Position numbers and translations under genes: made by a program. A stretch of DNA of 64,000 bases from a virus (Duplodnaviria > Caudoviricetes): IMG/VR virus record IMGVR_UViG_3300026270_000004, positions 37,471-101,470 of that record, one strand, 5' to 3'. The notes under the pieces are model-generated. The model saw only the letters and a list, made by a program, of their open reading frames with translations. It was not told where the DNA came from and made no database searches. Of this stretch, positions 47,510 to 57,972 are shown in pieces (position 1 is the stretch's first letter; every line of letters starts with the position of its first letter).

Positions 47510-48385
47510 TTAACTATAGTTTCTATAATGTCCTAAGACTACAAACTCTTCGTTTCCTTGTTGATCTTTAGGCACCTTATCTATGATAAGAAAATCTGCC
47601 ATAGCATAGTCTTGACTCTGACCAGGTCCACCTCTAGTAGTGCACCATTCAATAGGACAATCTTGACCAAGTATAGTTATACTAGATGGCATTCCGTTGG
47701 CACCTGCATTCTCAGTTATAATTCTGAAATGATATAAACTACCATCACCATTGTGCTGATCCATATCATTTAGATATAATCTCCAGTTACCACCACCATT
47801 TCTTGTAACATATATTGTATTACCATTGTTAATACTATGAGTTACGTTACCACTGTAATCAGAATAGAATTTACAATGCTCTTTACGACCACCTGAGAAG
47901 TGCATTCCAGTTGATCTAAAATCTTGAGTTATTATATCTACAACCTCAAGGTTTAACATGTCATCACCACCGAGGATGTTCCATGTAGCACCATTCTCAA
48001 TCGTAACTGTAAAACCGTTAGCAATAGTAATAGGACCTGCACTGAATCCATTTGTAAATTCAGCACCACCGTTAGCAACTGGACCTATAGTTAAGTTTTC
48101 TGCTATCTCAGTACCGTTAGTCCTGATGATACTATTCTCACCAACACTTGGACCTCCTCCACCTACGTCCGTCCAACCTGGAACTCCTTGGGCAGCATCT
48201 TGTTTATAGATCTGTGCCATGTCCTCGGTACTATTGTACACGATGGTACCATATGCAGGTGTGCCGAGAGCATTAACTGCGGTTTGGTTAAGAGCAGGTA
48301 GATTGAGTTGCTCTGTCAACTGTAGTGCCTCCATTATGGCACGAGTTGAAGCATCAATCTGATTTCCAATTATCTTGGTGGACAT
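47510..48385 (-). CDS. Putative tail-fibre-associated structural protein
   Basis: GTIVYNST and NGFSAGPITIANGFTVTIENGATW motifs typical of phage fibre proteins. Confidence 0.7.
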   Translation of the reverse strand: MSTKIIGNQIDASTRAIMEALQLTEQLNLPALNQTAVNALGTPAYGTIVYNSTEDMAQIYKQDAAQGVPGWTDVGGGGPSVGENSIIRTNGTEIAENLTIGPVANGGAEFTNGFSAGPITIANGFTVTIENGATWNILGGDDMLNLEVVDIITQDFRSTGMHFSGGRKEHCKFYSDYSGNVTHSINNGNTIYVTRNGGGNWRLYLNDMDQHNGDGSLYHFRIITENAGANGMPSSITILGQDCPIEWCTTRGGPGQSQDYAMADFLIIDKVPKDQQGNEEFVVLGHYRNYS

Positions 48386-48409
48386 GATTACCCTTTAATA
48401 CTATTTAGA

Positions 48410-51400
48410 TTAAATAACGAGTTCACGTATCTGTATGTTATCTCCTGTCTGTGGTGTAGTACCAATAGAGAAGTCAACAGAGTTTGCAGTAACAGTATAA
48501 TCAGTACCAGGTCTCTGGCAAACACCATTTAGGAATACTAATAGTGAGTATGCTGTGTGTCCTGGAGATATAGCAAATGATGTAGCAACACCATTTCCTG
48601 TATACATCACACCATTGTTATTGTTAGTAACACCTGTTGCGAGTGAATACTTATCTGCACATCCATATTTACCAGATACATCAATGTCACCTGTAATTGC
48701 TACATTACCTGTGATTCTCATTCTATTAAGTGCGTCTGGTGCTTCACCAATACCATAATGAGTCACACCTGAGAACCTATTAGATGTAATGGGTTCAGTG
48801 TCACTTAGACCAAACTTATACCAAGTACCTGAGTCATATATCCAACCTAGGTATGTTCCTGGAGTCCAGTCAACGTTATAACAAATATCACCAGTGTTGA
48901 ATGCTGTACCAGCAGTAACACTTGGGTTACCAGTACCATCATCCTCTGCTAAGAATGTATTCTTCAAAACAGTACCATCATCGTTAGATAAGGTAAAGTT
49001 TAGTGTCTGCAATGTATCCTGAGAAGTTATCTTCTTCTGGAATGTAGCAGGACCAGAGAATACTGATTCCAACTGGTTAGATGCACCACCAATAACAGTC
49101 AATTTATCGGTAAGCACAATCTCACTGAAGGTCTCAATAGATGTACCTTCTTCACCCAACACGTTAAGTTGAGCAATATCTTCGTTAGTGATCTGACCTG
49201 TAACTGGGTTAATAACCTGGTTACCAACAAACAACTCACCATCACTGTTAACACCAGAGTAGTAAGCAACACCAGCAGATTCTTTAAGTGACTGTGATAG
49301 TCTGACCTGTGCTGGCGTTAACACCTCTACCTGTGTAGATGGGAATGCAGTTGAATAGTTACCTGGACCAAATCCAAGATACTCAAACGTGTGACCTGAT
49401 GCTCTGAGAATTGAATATCTTCGTAACTCGCAGAGTACAGGTTGTACTGAGTTATCAGCATTTAGTTTGAGTGCTATCTTTCTTTCTTCAGCATCACCTA
49501 ATCTAGCAGTAACACTAATACCATTCAATACGTTGGATGTAGTGTTATATCCTAGGTTATTCTCAGTCTCTAGTAAGAAGAACTGAGATGTCTCCTTAGT
49601 AACTGACCTCTGAGTATCCTCATTAGGAGTAGGAGATGCACCGTCAGTAGTAGTAACAACACCAAGTACTTCATTACTTGCGATTGAAACTGCTGCTGCT
49701 GGATCTGCTACTGGGTTGTCTCTGTCAAATGCAGGGTATAAGTCTACAACTAGTTGAGAGAATGCGAAGTCATTAAAGTTAGACGTTGATGGAGATACTG
49801 ATGCATTAAGTAATGTCAAATAATAGATACCATCTGCCACACCCTTAACGAATGTTTGATATGTTTCTACAGCGTATATGTAATAAGCTTTGGTAAATGC
49901 TGGACTGTTTGTTTCACTACTTCGTGGTTGGAGAACAAAACCTGTAATAGGTGCTCTGGGTACAGGGAATGCATCCTTGTCCAATACATAGCGGTACCTG
50001 TAAATCCTATCAACCAAGTTTCTAGCATCGGGTACCCTCCTGATGAATGTAGTAGGTGTGAATCCTAAGTTCTGGTAGATACTGTTTGCTTGCAGTGTTG
50101 TGTATATGGTATTAGCGGATCCATCTACCTGTAGATACCACTGACTGTTAACACTATCCCACTGAATTGGTGACTCCTCATCACCTGCCTTAGTACCTGT
50201 TACTGTAGGTCCTGAAGGACTAATATCAGCATAGTGTGTAGTAGGTTCAGAAGCACCACTGGCAATTAAGAGCACATATAGGCGATCTGGGGTGTTAACG
50301 TCATCACGTCTAGCACCAATGGTATAGCCTTGGACTTTTGCTGGTGGTTTGCCAGTTTCTACTGTATAACCATATAAGAATAATTTAGTTGGGTCTGCAA
50401 CACTCTTAGTTTTATTAATATCAATCGTTACCCAATTAATAGATATCTCCGATACATCACTGAGAGACTTCGGTGGGATTACATGTGTAACTTGCCCTGC
50501 CTTATCTTTCGTAAATGCTGCTGCCTTAAATCCTTTAGATCGGAGAGAAGTGTTACCAAAGTTTGAGTTTGAGTTGGTAATCGAGAGATCTCCTCCTGAG
50601 TCAGAGAAGAAATGGTCACCAAATCCGACTGCGAAAACGGATACGACTTGGATGAACGCATCGTTACTTGCGTAGATGTGTCTGTGCCTCCAACCCTTTC
50701 GGTATTGGGCAAGTCCATTAATGTGAGCACCAGACCCCGCAGCTTGGGGTTCATATGCTCCAGTAGTTTGGTTGTATAAGACGAAAGCTCTATCATCTTT
50801 CTGAAGGGATATGCCAGTAAACTGGGCAACAACCATTGACTTGAAACCTGTTGCTTGACTACCGTCAGCATGCATACCATTGATACCCCATACAGATCGT
50901 AGGGAGTTATTAAACACGTAAGGTGAAGCAGAGTCAACTGTATCAATCTCGACCTTGACTAGTACGTTGTTACCTAGTGCGTTACCTGATGGCTCAGCAG
51001 ACATCTGGTAAGTAAATTGGTTACCTTGTGCACTGGTTACCAAGAATGATCCATTATAGAGGAGAGCATCTTGGTCAGTAGGACCAGTAACACCAGATAT
51101 ATTAACAGCGACACCCACGGAGAACCCATGATTCTTAGGGTTGCCGAGTTCATCAACTGTAAATGCTGTTGCAGTTTGTCCATTTCTAATGATCTGTGAT
51201 ACAGCGAATTCATCAGAAATTGGACCAACAATTCTGTTTTCCTCAACCCTTAACTGCATCTGGTCTTGAGAGACTATACCAGAGGTATCAGGGATAACTG
51301 CGTAACCTTTTGATATCTTCTGATAGTATAATTCTAGATCTTCTACGTTAGCAAACTCAAAACAGGTGAGTTTATGGTGTGAGAAGTTAGGTGCAATCTG

Positions 51401-51982
51401 TGCTAAGTCATCACGATAGTATACACCAGTGTTGTCACCATCAAAGAATGACATCTGCCAGAAATAGCATCCACCAGTTAGTTTGAATATACCTGATGGG
51501 ACAGGTTCGTTAGCAGCAGTTATGCCCAGTGATCCTTGTACTGTAGGATAAGGAACATACTTAGGAACAATTTTCGTTCTTCGTAGGTCAGATCCGATGA
51601 CAGATACACCCCTTGGTGCGATAATCCCACCACGAGTCGAATTGAATTTGTAAAGTTCGTTAGAAGCGGATGTGAGGTCAAAGTTTGTATTCTCATTAAA
51701 TGGTTGGATCTGGTTATAGTCTGCTATACCAGGTCTGTTGTCAACAACATACTCTGATGGATATAGGTATATACTGAATGCGTCGAATTCGTCGTTTGAA
51801 AGACCAACTCTGTATGAAAATCTTGCTACTTCAAGGAAAGCACGTTGTAACGTCTTAAATGGACGCAATGCGGAGTTACCTCGGTTATCATATGCATCCG
51901 ATGCATCAAAGTCGTCGGGGTTGACGTATATAATACGACCAGTCCTCGACGTTATAATATTTTTAAGACGTGTTAGTGCCAT
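48410..51982 (-). CDS. Cyanophage tail fibre/baseplate-associated structural protein
   Basis: IIYVNPDDFDASD..GNSALRPFKTLQRAFLEVARFSY N-terminus; GSDLRRTKIVP; RASGHTFEYLGFGPGNYST. Confidence 0.85.
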   Translation of the reverse strand: MALTRLKNIITSRTGRIIYVNPDDFDASDAYDNRGNSALRPFKTLQRAFLEVARFSYRVGLSNDEFDAFSIYLYPSEYVVDNRPGIADYNQIQPFNENTNFDLTSASNELYKFNSTRGGIIAPRGVSVIGSDLRRTKIVPKYVPYPTVQGSLGITAANEPVPSGIFKLTGGCYFWQMSFFDGDNTGVYYRDDLAQIAPNFSHHKLTCFEFANVEDLELYYQKISKGYAVIPDTSGIVSQDQMQLRVEENRIVGPISDEFAVSQIIRNGQTATAFTVDELGNPKNHGFSVGVAVNISGVTGPTDQDALLYNGSFLVTSAQGNQFTYQMSAEPSGNALGNNVLVKVEIDTVDSASPYVFNNSLRSVWGINGMHADGSQATGFKSMVVAQFTGISLQKDDRAFVLYNQTTGAYEPQAAGSGAHINGLAQYRKGWRHRHIYASNDAFIQVVSVFAVGFGDHFFSDSGGDLSITNSNSNFGNTSLRSKGFKAAAFTKDKAGQVTHVIPPKSLSDVSEISINWVTIDINKTKSVADPTKLFLYGYTVETGKPPAKVQGYTIGARRDDVNTPDRLYVLLIASGASEPTTHYADISPSGPTVTGTKAGDEESPIQWDSVNSQWYLQVDGSANTIYTTLQANSIYQNLGFTPTTFIRRVPDARNLVDRIYRYRYVLDKDAFPVPRAPITGFVLQPRSSETNSPAFTKAYYIYAVETYQTFVKGVADGIYYLTLLNASVSPSTSNFNDFAFSQLVVDLYPAFDRDNPVADPAAAVSIASNEVLGVVTTTDGASPTPNEDTQRSVTKETSQFFLLETENNLGYNTTSNVLNGISVTARLGDAEERKIALKLNADNSVQPVLCELRRYSILRASGHTFEYLGFGPGNYSTAFPSTQVEVLTPAQVRLSQSLKESAGVAYYSGVNSDGELFVGNQVINPVTGQITNEDIAQLNVLGEEGTSIETFSEIVLTDKLTVIGGASNQLESVFSGPATFQKKITSQDTLQTLNFTLSNDDGTVLKNTFLAEDDGTGNPSVTAGTAFNTGDICYNVDWTPGTYLGWIYDSGTWYKFGLSDTEPITSNRFSGVTHYGIGEAPDALNRMRITGNVAITGDIDVSGKYGCADKYSLATGVTNNNNGVMYTGNGVATSFAISPGHTAYSLLVFLNGVCQRPGTDYTVTANSVDFSIGTTPQTGDNIQIRELVI

Positions 51983-52003
51983 CTAAAAAAGCCCTTATTC
52001 AGT

Positions 52004-52010
52004 TATTTAT
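52004..52010 (-). promoter_or_regulatory. Late promoter ATAAATA
   Basis: tatttat on plus, 22 nt upstream of 51982. Confidence 0.65.
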
Positions 52011-52017
52011 TTGTGGT

Positions 52018-54207
52018 TTAACCACCTGATTGTATCTTGGTCATGTTGACTACCTCGTAGTCCTCACTTGTTGTTTCAAATCCATTAAGGACGTAACTAA
52101 TATCACCTGCTGAAGAATAAACAAGTAGATTCTGACCAGGACCCACTATAATTGAACTATTCTTGTCTGTAACATTGGCAGCAACTGCTTTACCATAGAA
52201 GAAGTAATCTTCATCTGAATATAATCCAGTTTGGTCTGTGTGAATTGCTGTGCTGATTGTATTAACATCAAATGTCAATGCAGCACCACCTCCACCTCCT
52301 AACTGGGAGTCATTAATTGTAAGAGTATCGGATCCAGCATGACCATATCCACCATTTAATAGTGTGATAGTCGCTGCACCTGATCCATCCACTACAACAG
52401 TAACCTTGGTAGATGCTATATCTCCAGATCCACCTGTTGAGTTAGGTGATATGTTAGTGTATGTACCAGCAGTACGAGATCCGTCAGCACCACCAATATT
52501 ATTGATAGTGAGTGCCTTACCAGTCCTTGCTGTTGTAAGATGACGTACTCCATTGTTTAATGTAGGTGTATCATAGAATGAATCATTAGCAGCAAATGCT
52601 TGTGATCCTTCTCCGATAGTTACCTTCAAATGACATGATGCTGGATACCAGTCTTGGACATATCCAAAAGCACCAACTGTAATACCACTCTGCTGAATAG
52701 TCTGAGTAGTAGCAGATATAGTGAATGTATCCGCAGCAACAAGTGTCTCACCCTTCACATCATAGATGTATATCTCATTATATGCTGGGTTGTCGTTAAC
52801 ACCTGCAACGAAACCAATACCAGTAGTAGATCCAGCAGGTGTGCCATCTGCGTATGCGTTTAGGTTTGCCTGTGTATCAGCAGTAATGTCAATACTTGTA
52901 TATGCTCCACTTGAACCAGCAGTACCTACCTTGCTGACTCCAGCAGTATATTCAGTACCTGATCCGTTAGTACCTTCAGGATCATCTCCAGAGAATTTCA
53001 ATGGATAGTTAGTACAAGTAGAATCTTCTAAGTTATACTTGTATGTCCTGTTAAGGTCATAAGTGTTAACAGTCTGAAGAATATGATCAGTTGCTCCAAC
53101 AGAAGTAGTTGATATAAGATACTTCTTGTTAATAACTGCACCCTGTGCAGTGTTGAAGTTTAGAGGGACAGTAGCGTTAGATGAAGATCCAGTTACAGTC
53201 TCACCCTCACTGAAATAGTTTAGGAGATAAATTCCGTTGTCTGTAAGTAGAGTTACGTTAACACCATCGTTGTGGTCAACGTCAGTTGTACCATAACGTC
53301 CTCTTACAACACTAAGGTCGTTACCATTAACTTCACTAACTTGCATCAATTCGTTATCAACGATGATGATAGATCCAGAAGTGAATCCAGTAGAGTTAGC
53401 AACTGTTAATACAGTATCACCAGCAACATAAGTTGCACCCTCAGCGATAGTTGATACAGTAGCAGAAGCAGACCAAGCATTAATCTGACTACCAGCAGGA
53501 ATGGCAGCAGCAGTAGATCCCAGTTGCCCTCTTGTTATCTGTAAAACATTAGTGGTTGTATTAATACCAGAAGAGTTGATGGTTATTACCTCACCATCTT
53601 GGAGTGTTGAAGGATCTGTACCAACACCTGTAAGATACATACCATCTGCAAGACCTGTAGTCCTTGAGATGTTTACTGTAGTACCATTAGCAGCAATATC
53701 TGTGTATTCTGTCCATACAGCAGTGCTTGCATCCATTCCCCTGAATGTTGCTGTGAAACCTGAAGTTGCTCCAGTTAATGTCTCACCACCAAGGAATGTA
53801 CCTGCTTGGTTATCTCCACTAATAGCAGTACCACTAATATCTAATACCTTTACGAAGTATTCTACATCATCAGTAGGTTTGAATACATCTAGTATGGTAG
53901 CACTAGCACCATTAGTAGTTGTAAATGTAGTACCTGGGATTGCTGCTGAATCTTGGAATCCAGGTTCAATTTTAATCTTGTATGCCGATATGGGGTTACC
54001 CTTAGCAAACTTATAGTCGGATGTATTTAAACCATCCAAATGCAACACTTGCTCATAATCACGAAGTGCTGCTCTATATGAAACACCACTACCAGATTGA
54101 TTGCAAACATTTAATACTGTGCTTGCACTCTTATCAATAGGTGTCCTATACAGAACTGTATTTGTAGTTGCACCAGGCTTACTGGCGGCTAATCTTCCTG
54201 CTGTCAT
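52018..54207 (-). CDS. Putative virion structural protein
   Basis: T/G/S-rich; (V/I)xRGxxG repeats; RTAGTY and GGGGGAALTFDV motifs. Confidence 0.8.
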   Translation of the reverse strand: MTAGRLAASKPGATTNTVLYRTPIDKSASTVLNVCNQSGSGVSYRAALRDYEQVLHLDGLNTSDYKFAKGNPISAYKIKIEPGFQDSAAIPGTTFTTTNGASATILDVFKPTDDVEYFVKVLDISGTAISGDNQAGTFLGGETLTGATSGFTATFRGMDASTAVWTEYTDIAANGTTVNISRTTGLADGMYLTGVGTDPSTLQDGEVITINSSGINTTTNVLQITRGQLGSTAAAIPAGSQINAWSASATVSTIAEGATYVAGDTVLTVANSTGFTSGSIIIVDNELMQVSEVNGNDLSVVRGRYGTTDVDHNDGVNVTLLTDNGIYLLNYFSEGETVTGSSSNATVPLNFNTAQGAVINKKYLISTTSVGATDHILQTVNTYDLNRTYKYNLEDSTCTNYPLKFSGDDPEGTNGSGTEYTAGVSKVGTAGSSGAYTSIDITADTQANLNAYADGTPAGSTTGIGFVAGVNDNPAYNEIYIYDVKGETLVAADTFTISATTQTIQQSGITVGAFGYVQDWYPASCHLKVTIGEGSQAFAANDSFYDTPTLNNGVRHLTTARTGKALTINNIGGADGSRTAGTYTNISPNSTGGSGDIASTKVTVVVDGSGAATITLLNGGYGHAGSDTLTINDSQLGGGGGAALTFDVNTISTAIHTDQTGLYSDEDYFFYGKAVAANVTDKNSSIIVGPGQNLLVYSSAGDISYVLNGFETTSEDYEVVNMTKIQSGG

Positions 54208-54208
54208 T

Positions 54209-55552
54209 TTACCATCCAGACATAAAGTGTTGTTGTATTCTTAATTGTCCTCCAAGGACAGGGGCTGCGAGTGCTCCACCGAATGTAATAGCAACTTCAC
54301 TAATGTTATTAGTAGAAAGTAGCGTAGCATCTGCATTTGGGAATTGAATCGTAACACTGTCATCAATGTTACTTGTATCAATCGTGACGATTCCGTTAAG
54401 ATCGTCTGGATTATTTATCTTCATCAATTCCATCGTCTTGTTAACAAGAGTCTGGGTCTTCTTCTCTGAAACAAGCATATTAGGATCAGATCCATTATTC
54501 AATGGTGCTGTAACCTCATTATCTGGAAAACTAAAGACGTAAGTCTGGTTATCCTCTATATTAGATAGATCGAGTTGAATCTTTCTACCTTCTCCATCTG
54601 TGACATCAGTATCACAGAATACTGCACCCTTATAGACCTTATTAGATACAGTTTGAGCTGATGCTTCACCAACTACCTTAATGTTAAGATCGGGCCAAAT
54701 AACAGTACGATCCTGAGTTAATTGTGAAGAATCAAATATTACATACTTGGTAGGGTTATTCTCATCATTTGAAGGTGTGTTTGAGAATGTGGGGTTAACC
54801 AAGTTTTTATTGAAGACATTCTGCTCAGTAATGTCATCAAGTAGCGTAGATTGTGTATTAGCAGCACCAAAGTCAGGTAGTTTGTATGTGTGAGCACCTG
54901 GTGATTCCCATGCGTCAGTCTCAAACTTAGCAATCTTTGATGTATCTGTAGATCCAGTAATCTGTAACTCACTGTCCTTAATAAGGATAGTCTTATTAGT
55001 TAGAGTCTGGAATGTGTCATTAGCAACAATAGTAGTACTTGTGTTAGTACCTACATTAGGTAAGTCAAAACGACGTGTACCTGACTGTGTAGAAATAGTA
55101 TCTACGTTGAAATGTGCTCTCTTAGCAGGGTTTTGGTCACCTGAAAGATAGAACTGTGCGTCAGTCTGTACGAAATCACCGTTAACAGTAAGATATCCAC
55201 TACCCTGTGGAGTGAATTCTATACTAGAAACTGCCGATGCAGTATCAATCGCTCTGATAATTAGAGTACTTGATCCATCGGTATTTGCTCTCCTAGTATT
55301 ATAGAGAGATGCACTACCAAAAGTAATACCTATTTCATCTACTGCTGACTGGTAGATACCGCTATCACGGTCTAAGTCAAAAGCTAGTCCTGGCTGGGTC
55401 GCTGTTCCTGCACTAAGTCCACGAAACAGTTGGTTTATCTTGGCCTTTCTGTTTGGTATTAGTGGGTCGGAAATAACGATGGGCAGAATAGCTTCACCAG
55501 TTACCAATCCATCTGCAATAGTTTCTAACTGGGATATTCGTTTAGTTGCCAC
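54209..55552 (-). CDS. Fibre-like structural protein with shaft repeats
   Basis: MATKRISQL N-terminus, PGLAF..D.DSGIY, and about five (L/F/W)P[DN]..Q(T/N)xxNK repeats. Confidence 0.78.
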   Translation of the reverse strand: MATKRISQLETIADGLVTGEAILPIVISDPLIPNRKAKINQLFRGLSAGTATQPGLAFDLDRDSGIYQSAVDEIGITFGSASLYNTRRANTDGSSTLIIRAIDTASAVSSIEFTPQGSGYLTVNGDFVQTDAQFYLSGDQNPAKRAHFNVDTISTQSGTRRFDLPNVGTNTSTTIVANDTFQTLTNKTILIKDSELQITGSTDTSKIAKFETDAWESPGAHTYKLPDFGAANTQSTLLDDITEQNVFNKNLVNPTFSNTPSNDENNPTKYVIFDSSQLTQDRTVIWPDLNIKVVGEASAQTVSNKVYKGAVFCDTDVTDGEGRKIQLDLSNIEDNQTYVFSFPDNEVTAPLNNGSDPNMLVSEKKTQTLVNKTMELMKINNPDDLNGIVTIDTSNIDDSVTIQFPNADATLLSTNNISEVAITFGGALAAPVLGGQLRIQQHFMSGW

Positions 55553-55580
55553 GAAATTTCAACACAATTTGCTACAGTTT

Positions 55581-55588
55581 TATTTATA
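55581..55588 (-). promoter_or_regulatory. T4-type late promoter TATAAATA
   Basis: Perfect match, 29 nt upstream of 55552. Confidence 0.8.
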
Positions 55589-55675
55589 CGACTTACGGGC
55601 TACCCTTCTCACTAGGTATATCCTCGTAGGCAATAATATTTGTTAAGTGAAAAGTGGTATTTGTTGATACCAACA

Positions 55676-55683
55676 TATAAATA
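55676..55683 (+). promoter_or_regulatory. T4-type late promoter TATAAATA (divergent, plus strand)
   Basis: Perfect match upstream of the plus-strand ORF at 55752. Confidence 0.7.
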
Positions 55684-55751
55684 GTGGTAGAATCGAGGCA
55701 AACAAGATGAATTGAAAACTCTTTTGTTATTTTCCCTAATTCTACTGTCCA

Positions 55752-55913
55752 ATGCATAACCTTAGACCGCAAAATCAATTAGCTGAGTGGAAGCACTCTT
55801 CAGACCGTTGCTTAAACACACCACAAGACGACTTAATCGACGATTACTTCTCTTGTCTTATTGAGAGTAACAGCTATGAGCAAGAAAGACTCTGTAGACA
55901 TTTGCTCTGCTAA
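55752..55913 (+). CDS. Small Cys-containing protein (53 aa; not in ORF track)
   Basis: MHNLRPQNQLAEWKHSSDRCLNTPQDDLIDDYFSCLIESNSYEQERLCRHLLC, flanked by a late promoter and a terminator. Confidence 0.7.
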   Translation: MHNLRPQNQLAEWKHSSDRCLNTPQDDLIDDYFSCLIESNSYEQERLCRHLLC

Positions 55914-55972
55914 ACTCTGGAGTGTTTTTATCTTTTTCCCTATGCAACAGCGACTAACGAGATGCATACAGT

Positions 55973-55996
55973 AAAACCCCCGAAAGGGGGTTTTTT
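55973..55996. terminator. Bidirectional intrinsic terminator
   Basis: AAAACCCCC-GAAA-GGGGG-TTTTTT between convergent genes. Confidence 0.88.
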
Positions 55997-55999
55997 ATG

Positions 56000-56224
56000 T
56001 CAAGAGGGAAACTCTAGATTATCAAGAATCTCTCTGCGTTTTTCCCAAGTGTCACCACTTGTGGATCCTTTACATGGGTTTATACATCTATCATCACCAA
56101 ATTGATTACAAACTAAACCTGCTAGATCATGGGGATCTCCCCTCTTACCTGTTGACCAATAAAGATCTCCTCCATACCATTTTGCTTCACACTTTGGACA
56201 CGTTGCGGTACTAAACTCATCCAT
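56000..56224 (-). CDS. Cys-rich hypothetical protein
   Basis: CPKC..DLAGLVC..CINPC; AGGAG RBS. Confidence 0.78.
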   Translation of the reverse strand: MDEFSTATCPKCEAKWYGGDLYWSTGKRGDPHDLAGLVCNQFGDDRCINPCKGSTSGDTWEKRREILDNLEFPS

Positions 56225-56235
56225 GTTAACTCCTG

Positions 56236-56442
56236 TTAACGTACTACTGGCAGAAACTTAGGTCTTTCCATGTCAAGGATTAAAACATCGATGACTCTAT
56301 TGAAGGATCTAGACATCTCACGATAACCAGACCCAACATATAATTGACCTGTAAACACTGATACTGTTGCTATTGCCCAGAAGATGTAGTAGAACTTACT
56401 CTTCACTTGGTTTCTTCTTTTCTCGCTTTTCAAACTCATCAT
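56236..56442 (-). CDS. Small membrane protein
   Basis: Hydrophobic FYYIFWAIATVSVFTGQLYVG; TTGACA-N16-TAGAAT at 56460-56487. Confidence 0.75.
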   Translation of the reverse strand: MMSLKSEKRRNQVKSKFYYIFWAIATVSVFTGQLYVGSGYREMSRSFNRVIDVLILDMERPKFLPVVR

Positions 56443-56519
56443 CTTTCATACTTTCGACTATTCTATCATAGTCTGCTGCACTGTCAAGCAGAGACTTCTT
56501 TAACTCCTCTAGTGACCAT

Positions 56520-57224
56520 TCAGATGACATCTAAGTCCTTACCATTTCTCATATTTATGGCAGGAATGACTGGAATAGTATTTCTAGATCTTGATATCGT
56601 TGCTTGATAGTCAGCATCAAATATCTCTAGTCCTTTATCAGTAAGGATATGTTTATACATTCCTTCAAAGATCTTAGGTGGCATGGTGACTACATGTGCA
56701 CCATTCCAGAATGATCTGGTTACTTTATATACATCACGGATAGATGCTGCAAGAATCTGAGTCGTTGCTCCTTGCACTCTATACACTTCACTTATTGACC
56801 TGACAACCTCCAGTCCAGCAACAGAATTGTCATCCAACCTCCCAATAAAAGGAGACACGTACGTAGCACCTGCCTTTGATGCAAGTATAGCCTGAGCTGC
56901 GTTAAAGATAAGCGTAACATTTATTCTCACTCCCTCGTCTGATAATACTTTACATGCTTTCAGTCCTTCTGGTGTGCATGGCACCTTGATTGTACAAACT
57001 TCGGGGAATTCTTTAGAGAGTCTTCTACCCTCACCAATCATATCCTCGACCACCTCCATGCTAATATCTGGTATACCAGACATTGCTAACTCACGATAGA
57101 CATCCTCTGGATCTCTACCACTCTTACGAATAAGGGATGGATTTGTTGTGACACCATCTATCAATCCAGTGTCATAATGTCTCAAAATAGTTGGGACATC
57201 AGCAGTATCTAAAAAGATTTTCAT
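56520..57224 (-). CDS. talC: Transaldolase (TalC, short MipB/TalC family), auxiliary metabolic gene
   Basis: MKIFLDTAD, GVTTNPSL, IKVP, NVTLIF, YVSPFIGRLDD and ILAASIR motifs. Confidence 0.97.
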   Translation of the reverse strand: MKIFLDTADVPTILRHYDTGLIDGVTTNPSLIRKSGRDPEDVYRELAMSGIPDISMEVVEDMIGEGRRLSKEFPEVCTIKVPCTPEGLKACKVLSDEGVRINVTLIFNAAQAILASKAGATYVSPFIGRLDDNSVAGLEVVRSISEVYRVQGATTQILAASIRDVYKVTRSFWNGAHVVTMPPKIFEGMYKHILTDKGLEIFDADYQATISRSRNTIPVIPAINMRNGKDLDVI

Positions 57225-57484
57225 TCAGGAACTTCCTCATAATTTTCAACAAATTCTTCTACTGTAAACAGTAGAGGATGACATAATTCAGATATTAGAT
57301 ACTGAGAATACCTATACATATCCTCCATAGTATAACTCTGATTATCAGCAGCTTCTTGCTGTATTTCTTCTATTGCCATTGGTGTTGGCAACTCATCAAA
57401 GGTAAAGGGTATACCTTGTATATACCACATATCTACTACTTTATCATCTAAGTAACAGTAGTTGCGTGTGATACGTCCTTTCAT
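57221..57484 (-). CDS. Hypothetical protein
   Basis: MWYIQGIPFTFDEL..YLISELCHP; coupled to talC. Confidence 0.75.
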   Translation of the reverse strand: MKGRITRNYCYLDDKVVDMWYIQGIPFTFDELPTPMAIEEIQQEAADNQSYTMEDMYRYSQYLISELCHPLLFTVEEFVENYEEVPE

Positions 57485-57485
57485 G

Positions 57486-57743
57486 TCAGAATCCCTCTGT
57501 CATCTCCCTCATAGATGCGTCCACAAATGCTCGTGTTCCCACTGGATCGGGGACGAATTCATCAGGGTTTGGTATATTTAGGTCTGGTGCTTCGGGATCT
57601 TGAGCAACAGACGCAACTGGTGAAATGATGCAAACAACACCATTCACAGTTGTAACTCGTAATGTATTTCCTTTCTCTACCAGTCTAAGTGAGAAAGGTA
57701 CATTCTCTTGAAACTCTTCTTGTGTCAGGTTAATGATGTTCAT
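57486..57743 (-). CDS. Hypothetical protein, Phd/YefM-like N-terminus
   Basis: Probable start MNIINLTQEEFQENVPFSLRLVEKGNTLRVT (ATGA overlap). Confidence 0.6.
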   Translation of the reverse strand: MNIINLTQEEFQENVPFSLRLVEKGNTLRVTTVNGVVCIISPVASVAQDPEAPDLNIPNPDEFVPDPVGTRAFVDASMREMTEGF

Positions 57744-57943
57744 AGGTATGTAATCTGATCTTCGGGTACCATATCTCGGAAGTGCTTCAAGGTCTCTGTG
57801 AAACCATCCACTCCGTCTGGACTGAATTCCCATGTCACGATCTCATCGTAACCTTCATTGTCCATAATTTTGACTTCTCGTCTCGCAACGTTCACCCAGA
57901 TATGCTCTAGGTAAGTTTCGTTGTCACCTGTGATTTTTGCCAT
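57740..57943 (-). CDS. Hypothetical protein
   Basis: 67-aa ORF coupled to the downstream gene. Confidence 0.72.
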   Translation of the reverse strand: MAKITGDNETYLEHIWVNVARREVKIMDNEGYDEIVTWEFSPDGVDGFTETLKHFRDMVPEDQITYL

Positions 57944-57972
57944 GTTGGGGGTTTACCTGAGTGTAGTATACA

